From Gonapodya sp. JEL0774 (lineage: Eukaryota): DNA of 64,000 nt. Every line of letters starts with the position of its first letter. Within the stretch, counting starts at the first letter, position 1. The notes under the pieces are model-generated. The model was not told where the DNA came from and did not search any database. It saw nothing but the letters and a program-made list of their open reading frames with translations. The DNA is taken from assembly GCA_027604505.1 (NCBI GenBank), contig JADIIX010000098.1, positions 1-64,000 of the forward strand, written 5' to 3'. Below are positions 37,201-49,632 of this stretch, in pieces. The position numbers and the translations under genes are program-made.

Positions 37201-40200
37201 GTCGACGTTTGAGAGCTTCAGGAATCCAAGCCGAATCACTGGTCTCCAGGGGCTTGATTTGCTCCAGGGGAATAGTAAACTGCGACTCATCGGGCATATT
37301 ACCGCCTCGGCGAGAATTTCCGCGTGGTGGCATTCCCGCACCTCGTCCTCCTCCGCGACCGCCAGCTGGACCCCCCCGCATATTTCCAGAGCTCGGTGTT
37401 CGCCCCATTGAGGACATACCCACACCGGACCCCGTCCTCCCAAGGGGAGTAGTGGGTCCGAACCCTCCTGAGCGATTTCCACTTGGTGGGATGAAGTCCA
37501 GCACTCCTTGGACACCCACGCCAAATGTCGCCTTTCTTTGAATTGTCTGCTCGAAACGCTCTTGACTGGATCTGGGAATAAGATTGGAGCCTGGGCGAGA
37601 ACCCATACTGACGTCCGTACCAGAAGGCATTCTGGGGAGAGTAGCACTGCGACCAGGAGCAACATTGACCATGCTTGGTGGTCGCCCACCGATTGACCGC
37701 ATGCCAGCAGCACCAGAGCCGCTCTTCGTCGGAGCAGATCCGACTTTCTTATCCTCGAAAATCTCCTCTTTCGTCGCAAGACCGTCTGGCCGATCCACGC
37801 ACAGAGTCTGGAAATACGCTAGGAACGTTTTGTCATACTTTATGACTCCAGAAACGTATTCTGGACTCTTAACTCCAGGGGGATACGCGACTTTGCTGAA
37901 GTCGGTCGGTGAAATCTTCACAATCGGCTTTCGCGGTTGGCTCTCCTCCAATTCTTCCTGCTCTTCCACGATTTCGCCATCTTCAAGTTCGGCTATTAGG
38001 ACTCGCTCCCTCCCATCCTCACCTCCTTCCACTTCTGGCGAAAGTCTTGCTGTTTCCGGGTCTGTAGCGGAATCTTTGAGCAGGGGACCTCCTTCCTTTA
38101 ACACATCAGACGATTCGTCCTCATCATCTCCCACTTTGAAGTTCTTCAGCGTAGGGCGAATAGGGTAGCCTCCATCCTCGTCGGAAGCAAGAGTCACCTC
38201 GGTTCCTGCTGAGTCAACCGCCTTCCTGTCAAGCTCATTCAACTCCTTGGAGGCGATCGATTTCTCCTCCGCACTCTCCCGCTTTTGCTTTTGCTCCAAT
38301 TTCTCTGTTTCTTGCCGTTCATTCTCCCTTTCATCCTCCTCCCTAGCGTGGCGCTCTCGCTCATCGCGCTCTTCCTGCTCTTTCAACTCCCGCTCTTCGT
38401 TCAGCCGTTTGATCTCTTCCAGTTCCTTCTTGTGCCGCTCTGTTTCCTCCCGCTCCTTGGCCAGTCGCTCTGCTTCCTCTCGCTCCTTTTGGATACGCTC
38501 AGCCTCGTCCTGTTCTTTTCGAAGCCGTTCCTTCTCCTCGCGTTCTCGGTCCAGCTTCTCCTTTTCTTCCCGTTCCTGCCGTTCCTTTAATTCCTTCTCC
38601 ATTTCCTTCTCCTTCTTGACGTCTTCCGGTCGCCGGATGGGAATAGCCTTGTTCTTCGCCGGTACGAGGACAGAAGTGGTAGGTACGGAACTTGGAGCCC
38701 CTGCAACAGGGCCCGCGGAAGTCACACCAGAAACGGCGCCTTGCTGAAGTTGTGGAGAGGGGGAAGTGGCGGAGCGATTCTGAATGCTCGATCCAGGTGG
38801 CGTAGACTTATCTTCGGCTTCAAATTTGGTGTTGAGGAAATCCAACTCTTTTCCAGTGTTTGGATCCTTTATTTGAATTCGCCGAGAAGAGGGAGGACGT
38901 GCTCCAGATATGCCGGAAACTCCCGGCACCCCATTCAAAAGCGGAGCAGGGACTCCACTTGAAGAAGCACCCGAAGCACCACCAGGTAAAACGGCACTTG
39001 ATCCAGTAGAAGTATTTACACGTGCAACATTCGGAGCACCAGGCACTCCACCCGGTAGAAGCGAAGTGGAAGGCTGGCCGGGGCGAACAGAATAAGCGGG
39101 TGGCATCATTGGCTGAGTCATATAAGGATTGTACGGTTGAGGGTATGGGTACATTTGTTGGTAGTATTCTTGCATCTGCTGCTTGGTCCGAAGTTGATCA
39201 GGCTCGATGTCGGGGACATCATCGGAATTGATGGTCGCCTACCTGATATGCCTGCCATTGAGCAGCTCCTATTGGCATGGGTTGCATTCCTGCAGCCATT
39301 GCCTGTGGAACAAGAACGGGTTGGGCCTCAAAGCCATTGGAAGCGATAAATGAGGGAAAGAACAAGTGAGACAAGTGGCATGTGAAAACACTACCTGCTG
39401 ATAAGCGGGTGCCTTCGACTTTCCAGATTGATATGGAGTACTGTAAGGTTGGCCTCCGGTCATTGGCGGGACTCCCGGTCTCACCGCAGAGTACGGTCTC
39501 GGCTGTGGTGGAACAAACCCAGCGACACCCGTTTGCAAAGAATTGGGGGCTGGGGATACAAAGCCATGCGAGATTTGAGCAGCAACAAGAGCAGGACCAA
39601 CTGGTGGTTGAGATTGTGCAGGCGGAGGAGGGGGAAGAGGATGCTGCTGTTGAGATAGACCAGGTGAAATTGGAGTCACGGTCGATTGCGCCGGCAGTAC
39701 AGGATTAAAGCCAGTCTGAGGTATCGTTCCAGCCACTTGAGAAGATGGTTGCGGCGATGACACAGTGGGGATTGGATTCGGAGACACACTCGCGGGTGGT
39801 GACCGATCGTTCGACGCCAGCGTTGTGGCTGCCTCCTCAGGAGCAGCTTTTATGGTGGCAGTTGGGACGATAGATGATGGCTTCGAAGAAGGGATTGGTG
39901 AGATGCCTCTAGTGGGAATAGCTTCTCCGGCAGGAACACTTTGTTGCACTTCTGGAACAATTGTAGCCGCTGGTGCTTGGCGGGAAGCTTTTATCTCCTC
40001 GGCTCTTTGAACCTTTGGAGGAGCAGAGTGAATCCTTGGAAGAGTTTCCCCTCGAACAACCTGTCAAGATGGCAACATGCGTCTCACTTGAGATATCATC
40101 AGGGGAAGAAATGGAGGAATTCCACTCACTTGAGGGGTTGTCTTCTGCACACTGCCTTTTCCTGTGCCTTCCAGTCCCTCTTTGTCGACCATAACATGCC

Positions 40201-41166
40201 CGGCCATTCCAGCAGCCGGAGCTACCCGCGAGCCATTGGCATTGACAACGGCATTGGTCCCATTGAGATACGATCTAGCAAGCCGCGACTCCTGGAATTT
40301 AGGTTGCTGTATATGGACGGGGCTTTGGGAACGTGCTGATGGGTCAGGAGTCGGCGCATCTGGGAGAGTGGCGGAGGACGGATTTGTTCCCGATGCAACA
40401 GCTCCAAATGAGAATCGTTGGCCGTTAGATTGTGCTTGTGGTCGATATTCGAAGGTCATGTATAGTTCATGAAGGGACAGAGGTTACAATAAGTACCTAC
40501 ACGAACGAACCGTTGAGGTGGGGAAATCTTACCATACGAGTTGGTTTTCTGCATCTTGCTTACGATGTCGGGACTGAACTGGACGGGGGTGCCCGAATTT
40601 CCTAATGTAATTCTGATAAAGAGAGCAAAACCGCAATCTCATAGGCTGTTTTGCGTCTATCAATCCTGCCTCCGGTTTGTACCAGAAGTGGATCTTCTTA
40701 ATCACGGATTCAATCATCCGACAAAAGAATATGTATCCAGAGGTTGTATCCCACGCCCTAGCTCCTTTACGCACAATGAAGCGACAAAGAGGATACCTCA
40801 GTATCGCGTTACTAGGAGATCGGATCTGGAGCAATCAATGCAAACGTCCGGCATTGCGGCGCTCGCTCCTTGGGTGACTGCACGAGTCTGCGTACCTAGA
40901 ATATTCATGCTCTTAAAGCTTCACTTACCTCGCGTTTGATTTAACGTTGGGCGTTCCGTTTAGTGATCCTTCCAATGTACTGTCAGTGCTCGGAGAGTTA
41001 GTAGGTGGGGTCGGCGAGGAAGCTGCCGGACCTGGTGGCTTTGAGGCAAGTAGAGCAGATGCGTATGATATAGTGGATCTAGCGAGAGACCATGTGATGA
41101 AAATTGTACGATGTCGCTTGGTTTTGGGCGGGTGAAGCAGCTTGGCATTCACCTGTTTGCAGCCAT
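34278..41166 (-). CDS. TIF4631: Translation initiation factor eIF4G with MIF4G, MA3-like and W2-like domains
   Basis: eIF4E-binding-like KYDKTFLAYF; MIF4G KIQGLLNKLT...IFDKAIDEPNFAGLYSKLC...LGNVVFIGELFK...SRIRFGLLDLIDLR; GPKTIAEI; 5' exons MAANR/STISYASALL (41166-41153, 41078-40929) join in phase. Confidence 0.93.
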
Positions 41167-41593
41167 GATTGAGATCTGAGAACGCTGGCCTCAAGAAGTA
41201 GTGGCCAGCGGGTGCAGGAGCTTCAATTAAGCTTCCCACGAGTCGACAGAGAGCAAGGATATGTAGGTTTGCGAAAGCCTCGCGGTTTGCGGACGGCTTT
41301 CGGGAGCTTATCGAGGGTTGTGAGTGCGCTGGACTCCAAGGATCCCGAGCGACAAAGACTTTTATGAAGAGAGGGAATGCTGATGCGCAGCTGAGAAGAA
41401 TGCGCAATGCAGTTGAATGCAGGTGTTGTGAACCTGAAAAACAAAACTGGCCTGGTTCTATCATGACTTGATGTTCTCCACCCACTCCCATGTTCCAATT
41501 ATATAACGCAGAATATTGAATCAACCTGCTTTAATACATATATGTAATGCTACTATGGTGTGCATAAAGTCCGCTTGCAATGTGTCTAAATAC

Positions 41594-44500
41594 CTAACGC
41601 CTTTTGTGCTTTGACTTGCTCTTGAAGGTTTTTGGACCACCCTTGCTTCCAACACCTTTGCCACCTGAGACTCTGCCCTTCTTGATGCCACCGCCTCCAA
41701 TCCGTACTCCTGATATCTCCTTCTTGAACCCTGCCCCAAGAAGTTTTCGTGGCTTCCTTGAATTGTTGCGGGTCGGGGACCTCCCATTACTAATATCCGT
41801 TGCTGCGAGTGTAGGAATGCGTTTCGGCTTTACGGAAGACTTCGCACGATAAGCGGCAGCTCTTTCTTGCACCAGATTTGATTTGTCTTCTTCCCGAAGT
41901 TTAATCCGCCGCCTCTTAGTGCGACTTAGACCGTCTAGCTTGGAGCGCTTGGGCTTTCCCGGAGAACACGTAGCGAAACAAAGAGATGCTCGATCAGCTC
42001 ACAATTCATGGCGTAACTCAAAACAATTTCACCACAGCAGTTGTTGGTCAGCATATTAGGCAATCACATTTATCCGCACGATTCTCTCGGAACAGGTCTG
42101 TAATGTGCTTCCTCATCATCCCAATATCTTCTGTCGCACCGCGCAAGAAATTGCGAGGGAAAGGACTAGCTTCACCGTGTGTTGAAATGTGAGACTCACT
42201 TTACCGATATCAACCTGCTCACGCTTTCCTTTTTTCGAATCTGCTGATTCACCCGCATCTAAATCAATGCAAATAGCCAGCACGTCAATGAACAAACGAC
42301 AAAGGCGTTTCCTCGTGGACTATGCTCACCCATCGAAGCTGCCTTTTTTTCTTTCTCTGACTGGAACCAAGTTTTCGCCGGACGAGCATAGATCTCATCT
42401 TTGTGTTTCAGCAGATTCTCAGCTTTCGTTGCTTCCATGTCAGCTTGCGCCATCTAAAACCAAATCGACTATTGGTGGCCGCGATACAACAACACCAGAG
42501 CTCCACCCACAAGCTTCTCCTCTGCTTCTTCTTTCAATACAGACTCGACATCAGCGTCTATAGACGAGATCGTGGTTTTGAACTTGAGAATAACATCGGA
42601 TGGAATGACACGGTGTTTCACACCAGCTCGCGAATTTTTTAAGGCGAGTTTCAAAATGGATCTATCTTGTTCGCCAACCAACGAGACTGCCCTAAAATAA
42701 AGGGAGTCAAGAAAGAGCATAGTCCGATAATAAGACAGCAAATCACTGACTTTCCAGATGTGGTACCTCGAGCAGTGCGACCAACCCGGTGAACATATTG
42801 GCTGTAGTTTTTCGGCATATCGTAATTGATAACCGTTTCAATGCCGGCAATATCAAGGCCACGGGCTGCAAGATCCGTGGCCATCAGGAAGTCAACTTTT
42901 TCGTCACGAAACTCCTCCAGAGCCTCCAATCGCTGCAACTGTGACAAATCTCCGTGCAGCTCTGCAGACTTTAGACCGAGGAATCCAAAGACAACCTTCA
43001 TCCGATGGGCGGCCTTTTTCGATCTGAAGAAAATTATGCACCTGGACTTGTAGGTCCGAGAGCACAATGCAGCAAGGACGCCGGCCCGATCTTCATCCTT
43101 GTGCGCACGTATTCGAACGAATTCCTGGATAAGATTGGTGGTGATGGAGGTGCTCGCATCAATGAAGAGCCGCACAGGTTTGGTCATGTGTAGCCGAACA
43201 AGTGAATCCACGTCGTCTGTCATGGTGGCAGAAAAAAGCATGGTTTGACGCGACCGGGGAGTACTAGCAATGATCTCATTGAGTTCGTCTGCGAAACCTT
43301 CATCTAGTATACTACATGAACGAAAAATGACATACGTCAATTTCTGCTCTTGACAACGATTTGATGGACAGACTATTCACCGATCAGCTTCGTCAATCAC
43401 CAAGATCTCGAGACCATCTAGTCCAACGCCGGCGGAGTTTCTGACGTGATCAATAAGCCGCCCCGTTGTGGCCACGACAATATCAGGTCTCGTTCTCAAC
43501 TCCGCCTCTTGTGCCGAGCGAGATAAACCCCCAACGGCGAGGCTCACTCGCACATCACAGAATTTGGCAAGATTCGTAGCGACGGAGTGGACTTGGGCGC
43601 CGAGTTCCCGAGTGGGAACGAGCACAAGAACACGAGTCTGCGGTGCCTGGGTGGGACGATAAAGCAGACGTTCGAGAATGGGTACCATGAAGGCAGCAGT
43701 TTTCCCTGCGTGATGAATTGCAGTAATTGTGAGTGCATATATTTGCGAGCTGTTCCCACAACCACATTACCCTCTGCACACTGTCACTCACCCGAGCCTG
43801 TCACAGCGCTTCCACAAATGTCTTTTCCTTGAAGAGCGAGCGGAATCGTTCTGGATTGAACAATGGTGGGCTTGAGCCATCCCAGAGCAGTGATAGCCCT
43901 CATAATTGGCCGCGACAGATTCAGTTGAGTGAAAGAGCTAAGCGAGCTCTCTCCAAGTGCTGCTGGCGGAGGTTCATCAAAGAACTCGCGCTTTCGCTGT
44001 CAAAAGGCATTGAAACATCATCATTAATCCAGTTCAATAGCAATTCCCAGAGAGCACCAACTTTGTCGTTCACAATATCACGCTCATCGTCAGGCTCGCT
44101 ATCGCTATCCTCGTTTGTACTTTGCACTTCGTTCCCGTCCTCATCCTCATCCTGGCTTTCACGTTCTTCGCCTCGCTGGTCGTATGCCAAATTCCTGGAA
44201 ACATCTTCATCCTCCTCTTCATAATCTTGTTCTTTAACTGAAATGTTCTTAGCGCCAGTGTCACGTAGAGCGCTAGAGTTTTCGTCTTGGTCCTCGTCCG
44301 AGAACCCGTGAGACATACGCAGTTCTCCGTCATGGTGTCCATTCGTTCGTTCATCAAGCCTCGTCGGAAGCTCGCCATCTAGGTCCACGACAGCATTGGA
44401 TTCCCGTTTCTTGCGGAGAATCTTTTCATCGACAGAGGTTCGGAAAGTCTTCGACGAACAGGATCGGGTTAACTTTATCAACGACGTCACTCAATTAAGA

Positions 44501-44853
44501 AATATCACCTAAGTGAGTATTCATACGAACAGATTTACTTTGAATCGCGGCTTTTGCTTGCGAAAAGTCCCAACTTGTTTTGAAACGAGAGGATTGAAAT
44601 GACCCGTCCACATCAAAGTGAAAGTTTGGATTAAGGTTTGTATCCGGCATCTGCTCGGTTGTTCTCTTCGTCTTTCGTTTTTTCTTGACAGGCTGGCAAG
44701 AGATCACTTGTATTAAGGGATTGGATCTAGGACAGGACAGCAGAGCTTATCAAGAAGATGGGGACCAACCTCGACATCCGAATCCTCATCATCAAGCCTC
44801 GCAAGCGCCGGTCCATCCTCGTCATCGGAAATGGTCATCACAAAATCCGCCAT
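41594..44853 (-). CDS. DRS1: Nucleolar DEAD-box RNA helicase Drs1/DDX27
   Basis: Q motif, [67 protein letters not shown], terminal [10 protein letters not shown]. Confidence 0.96.
42044..42124 (-). ncRNA. Intronic box C/D snoRNA, snR56/SNORD25(U25)-like, predicted guide for 18S rRNA 2'-O-methylation
   Basis: Minus strand TTGGG-ATGATGA(C)-GGAAGCA-CATTACAGACCTGTT-CCGA(D')-...-GTGCGGA(C')-TAAAT...-CTGA(D)-CCAA; terminal stem TTGG/CCAA; guide pairs with conserved 18S AACAGGUCUGUGAUG; lies in the 246-nt DRS1 intron 42199-41954. Confidence 0.9.
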
Positions 44854-45034
44854 CGCTGTGAATGGACAGAGATGATCAGTTGGTCAAGATTTGAAAGAGA
44901 AAACCTACGTGAACTTTGTCGATCAAGTGCGTGTTACAAAGGCTTTGGTCACACAAACACATCCGTTACCCGATTGTGAATCAATCAATTATATGTTGTT
45001 TGCCAACATAGGAAACTATTTGCAGACTTTTTAT

Positions 45035-47715
45035 TTATTTCAACGCGGACTTAGCCTCGCTAACGAACTTTTTAATTTTGTACAAGTCCTTCACACCCTT
45101 TTGTCCGTCGACTTCTACACCACTGCTCACATCCACCGCCCACGGCCTTGCAACGCGGATCGCATCCGCCACATTTGCTGGTGTCAGCCCACCTGCCAGC
45201 ACAAACGGAATCCCAGAATCGCTGATTGATCTGGCGATGGTCCAGTCGAAACTGGCGCCACTCCCTCCCTGCTGGCTCCGGACATCCCCGACCTGGGTAT
45301 CTAACAGATAGCCAGCTAGTGGACCATTTGCACCCGTGGAAAGCCTGGTCTCAACCATTCCGGCGGTCTCGCCAGGTGCAATGTGCTCTGCCTTGAGAGC
45401 GGGAACGGATACAAAGCCAGCCAGAGCAGGGGACTCCGAACCGTGGAACTGGACAAGATCGAGACCAACTTTAGACACAGTCCGATTGATGAAGTCGTGA
45501 CTGTGATTTGAGAATACTCCCACTAGCAGAGGCCGCCGGACAGACTGCACGTTACGTCCTATGTTCGCAGCCGAACTGCGGAGAACATCCGAGAATGATT
45601 CCTGTATCCCGCTGAAACCAACACGAAGGTTTGCGCTCTCTTGCAGACCATGCTCCTCCCTCCATTTCGACACTGCACGTGCAATCTCGGTAGCCATGAA
45701 GATATCAACCTGCCTCGCTGAAGGGGCAAAAATGAGACCAAGGAAGTCTGCACCAGCATCTGCAGCAGTCAAAGCTGCCTCGACAGTATTGATACCACAA
45801 ATTTTCACCAAGGAGACGAAGTTTTCTTGCTTGGAAGGAGCATTCGTGATAACACTCACAGGCTCCTTTCCCAAAAGATGCTGAATGAACTGTCTCACGT
45901 CCTTAGCTCTCATCAGCGATTCTCCCACAAGGACTCCCTTTGCCCCAGCTTCCACATAAGGAATGACATCTTTCCTCGATGATATCCCACTTAATGCCAC
46001 AAGCGTAACATCTTTGGGCACCATGGATGCCAGACTGCTCGTAGTGGACATGTCCACGTTGAAAGTGTGTAAGTTTCGGTTGTTGACACCGATCACTTTG
46101 GATCCTATGGCAATCGCCCGTTTCATCTCCTCGGCATTATTCACTTCCACTAGGGGTTCCATCGAGAGGAGTCGTGCAAATTCGTACAATCTGGCAAGCG
46201 TCGCATCGTCCAAGATGGCCACGATGAGCAAAACAGTGTCCGCACCGTAGAGCCGCGCTTCTAATATCTGGTACTCGTCGACGATAAAGTCCTTTCTCAA
46301 CACTGCCGGTCGGTTCTCTACTCCCTCAAGTGCCGCGCGTACTTCTCGCATATCTTCTAGGGAACCCTTAAACCATTTTGGCTCCGTCAAAACCGAAATA
46401 ACTGCAGCCCCACCCAGAGCATATGCCAGAGCTTGGGTCGCCGCGTGAGCCGAGATGTCAATATCACCCTTGGACGGGGACGCTCTTTTGACCTCGGTCA
46501 AGATAGCAGTGGGATCTGCTGCCAAGAGAAGGCGAGCATGGAAATCGATCAGCGGTGGTGCAAGTCCCATGGCAATGGACTTCTTCAAGAATTCAAAGTC
46601 ACGACCTGGCATTGCTTTGGCGTGCATCACATCTTTCAACCGCTGATCATGAATCTTGAGGAGGATAGAGGGTACCGATGATTTGGCAGTGGCGATTGAT
46701 GCCTCAGATGACGGGGGTGATAAGATCTCAGACTGTCCTTGTGTGGTCTGCTGCACCAGCAGACCAGCGCCGGCGGTGGCGAGGGAGGCAGAAGCCTCGG
46801 AACCTCGAGCAACCACCGGCGCATCTAAATGTCTATTCATGCTATGCACGAACCCAACCTCGGCTGTTGCAACATCTCCGCTCGGAACGATAAATGTAGC
46901 ACCCTCACTGACGGACTTCCCTCCCACCTTCTCAACCTCGTGTCGCTTCATGACCTCGTCAAGAGGTCTTACTAAGTCATTTCTGATCTTTAAATCCTTC
47001 CATTTCCCACCTTCCCAGCGAAGAAAGTTCCAAAGCATTCTTCTGCCATCCTCGCTCGCAATGCTTTCCGGATGGAACTGAACACCCTCCATAACAAATT
47101 CTTTGTGTCGGATACCCATCACAACCTTGCTTTCAGTCTCACTCGTGATCTCCAAGACGGAAGGAAGTGTCTTCCGGTCCCCAGCCAGAGAATGATAGCG
47201 TGTCACCCTAATGCCCTGTGGAACACCGTCATAGAGTCCACGGCCGTCGTGAATGAGGGAGGACGTTTTACCGTGCACAATCTCTCCGGCGTAGGTGACA
47301 ACTCCACCGTATACTTCAAACATGCATTGTTCCCCGAGACAGACGCCAAGAACCGGAACTTTGCCAGCGAACTCCAGTATCACGTCCTCTGAGATACCAG
47401 CACCATCCGGACGACCGGGACCAGGCGAAATGACCACATTTCTGGGCTTCAGAGCAATGCAGTCCTCCACGGTGATATCATCATTTCGAAAGACGCGCAC
47501 GTCGGCCCCGAGCTCGGACAAGTATTGGTATACGTTCCAAGTGAAGCTATCGACATAGGGAGAGAACAGTTGAGCAATAAATCTTCAAAAGATCTTGTGG
47601 TTGGTGGACTCACGAGTCGTAATTATCGATCACTAAAACAAGTAATCATGTTAATCAATGACGAGTGCGTGAGCAGGAAGAGCGAAGTCTCACATAAAGT
47701 GATTCCAGAAGACAT
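45035..47715 (-). CDS. trpC: Trifunctional tryptophan biosynthesis protein (glutamine amidotransferase TrpG + IGP synthase TrpC + PRA isomerase TrpF)
   Basis: MSSGITL/LIDNYDS/FTWNVYQY (22-nt and 19-nt first exons), ISPGPG, LGVCLGEQ, GVQFHPES; EVKRASPSKG, LRKDFI, GVNNRNL; VKICGI, LAGGLTPANV, VDVSSGVE. Confidence 0.97.
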
Positions 47716-47825
47716 TTTTAATAAGTCGAGCTAATCTCTGTTGAATCTAACCTCATCCGATTTTGAAGCACCGAGAAATCTTTCAGAAACCCCGCGATTG
47801 ATGCAACAACTGCTCCAACATACCT

Positions 47826-49473
47826 TTATAAAATGCTGTTATCCGTCGAAGTGTCAACAGGAAACTCCTTGTGTGGGACACCATTTGTCAGGGTATGTTT
47901 CAGAGTCATGGCCTCCTCCTGCTTGAGAAGGGAACTGTAGTGCTGCTCTGCTCTTGCGAGTGCTGTGACGTTGCTCTTAAGTTTATTGATGGTCTCCTCG
48001 AATTCTGCATCAGGATCAGAATCGTACACAATACCGCCACCGGCTTGAAGGTAGGCTATGCCATCCTTGAACAGCATCGTGCGGATGGCAATGCACGTGT
48101 CGATGTTCCCTGCGTAATCAAAGAATCCAACCGACCCGGCATATATTCCACGTTTGCAACGCTCCAGTTCATAAATGAGCTCCATGGCACGAACTTTAGG
48201 CGCTCCAGACACGGTGCCAGCGGGGAAAATTGCCCTGAAGGCATCAAAACTAGTCTTTCCAGGCCGAAGTAGCCCAGATACGTGGGACACGATGTGCATA
48301 ACATGTGAGTAACGCTCGATATGCATGAGTGAGTCCACTTTGCAGGTCTCCGGACGGCAGACTCGGTTCACATCGTTGCGTCCTAAATCCACGAGCATGA
48401 TGTGCTCAGCGCGCTCCTTAGTATCAGCAAGTAGCTCTTCTGCAAGGGCATTATCCTCTTCCGTAGTCTTGCCACGCTTGCGAGTCCCGGCAATCGGATG
48501 TGTGACGACTTTTCCATCTTCAACCTTGACGAGCATCTCCGGGGAGGCCCCAACCAGTTGGAAGTCCTTGAGATCCACATAGAACATGTAGGGAGATGGG
48601 TTGACTGACCGTAACTGCCGATAGGCGTTGAAAGGGTGGAGGGAGGTAGGGCGAGCGATTCGTTGTGATGGAACTGCCTGGATGATGTCACCCTCGTTTA
48701 TGTGGTGCTTGAGCTTCTTGACAAAACCTTTGTAGCCTTCTTCTCCAACGTTAGAAGTGCCCTCGTTTCCAAGAACAATTGCCACCTGCTTCGGCAGCGG
48801 AGTTACCTCGGAATTGAGCATATCAATGGTCTTCAGCACCTCGTCCGTTGCGCGGTCGTACTCCGCAGCTACGATTCCAGGCGCAGAACCTTCAGCAACG
48901 TGCATGTGCGTCACGACAGTAATGACATGGGTAAGATGGTCAAAGATGATGACTGTGTCACAGAACATGAACACAGCATCTGGAATTCCCAGTGGGTCCG
49001 CTAAATCACGGCGAGTATGAGGTTCAAAGTATTGGACGCAGTCGTATGCAATATAACCAATCGCGCCACCTGAGCAAAAATAATTTTTTAAGTGTCGGCT
49101 CAATACCTGAGGTTGTGGGTCTATGAGAGTCCTCACCCGTAAAATTCATGACACCCGGGTACTTGACAATGCGAACGTCCTTCAGTTTGTCTTGCAGGAT
49201 TGTTAGAGGATCACCCTTGTCCGGGAATTTGTCACCCGTTTTCAGAACACTAGTCGGGTTGGCACCGAGGAAGCTGTAACGTCCAATTTTTTCGCCACCA
49301 ACAACGGACTCGAGCAGGAAAGAGTAAGGAGATGAGGAAGCAACCTTCAAGTAGGCGGAGACGGGAGTGAGGAGATCGGCAGCGATGGACTGGAAGACGG
49401 GAATCGTGTTGCCAGCTCCGGAAGAAACGAACTCTTGAACTTCAGAAAGTGTGGGCTTGAAAGTCTGGAACAT
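47826..49473 (-). CDS. TRP2: Anthranilate synthase component I (TrpE), one intron
   Basis: DLLTPVSAYLK, FLLESV, GRYSFLG, GDIIQAVPSQR, NPSPYM, GASPE, PIAGTRKRG, KERAEHIMLVDLGRND, FPAGTVSGAPKVRAM, DTCIAIRT, QAGGGIV. Confidence 0.97.
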
Positions 49474-49632
49474 GGAAAATTCGTCAAAACAAATAAAGAA
49501 AGAATTGGGGTTTAGTGCTATGTTATCTCACGGTCATATTCGGGTCAATTCTCAATAGGGTAAGGGGGAGGTATACGGATGGGTCTGCAGCCGCCTCCCA
49601 AAGTCAGCCTCCATCAAGACGAGCAACGAATG

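Noticed and set aside
38247..38747. Ser/Phe/Arg-rich + strand ORF (similar cases at 19622-20227 and 14570-15127)
   Set aside because: Antisense shadows of low-complexity or coiled-coil coding regions
40922..40931. ACTTACCT, similar to the U1 snRNA 5' end
   Set aside because: It is the reverse complement of an eIF4G splice donor; no U1 body follows
41094..41179. GTGATGA...CTGA on the + strand, resembling a C/D snoRNA
   Set aside because: Antisense to eIF4G exon 1/intron 1; no terminal stem or recognisable rRNA guide
41391..41440. CTGAGA and GAACCTGA, reminiscent of a TPP riboswitch
   Set aside because: Remaining conserved elements are missing and no thiamine gene is nearby
47716..47900. Spliced TrpE-TrpG-C-F fusion protein
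   Set aside because: The good donor lies after the stop codon; no credible phase-compatible donor was found upstream of it
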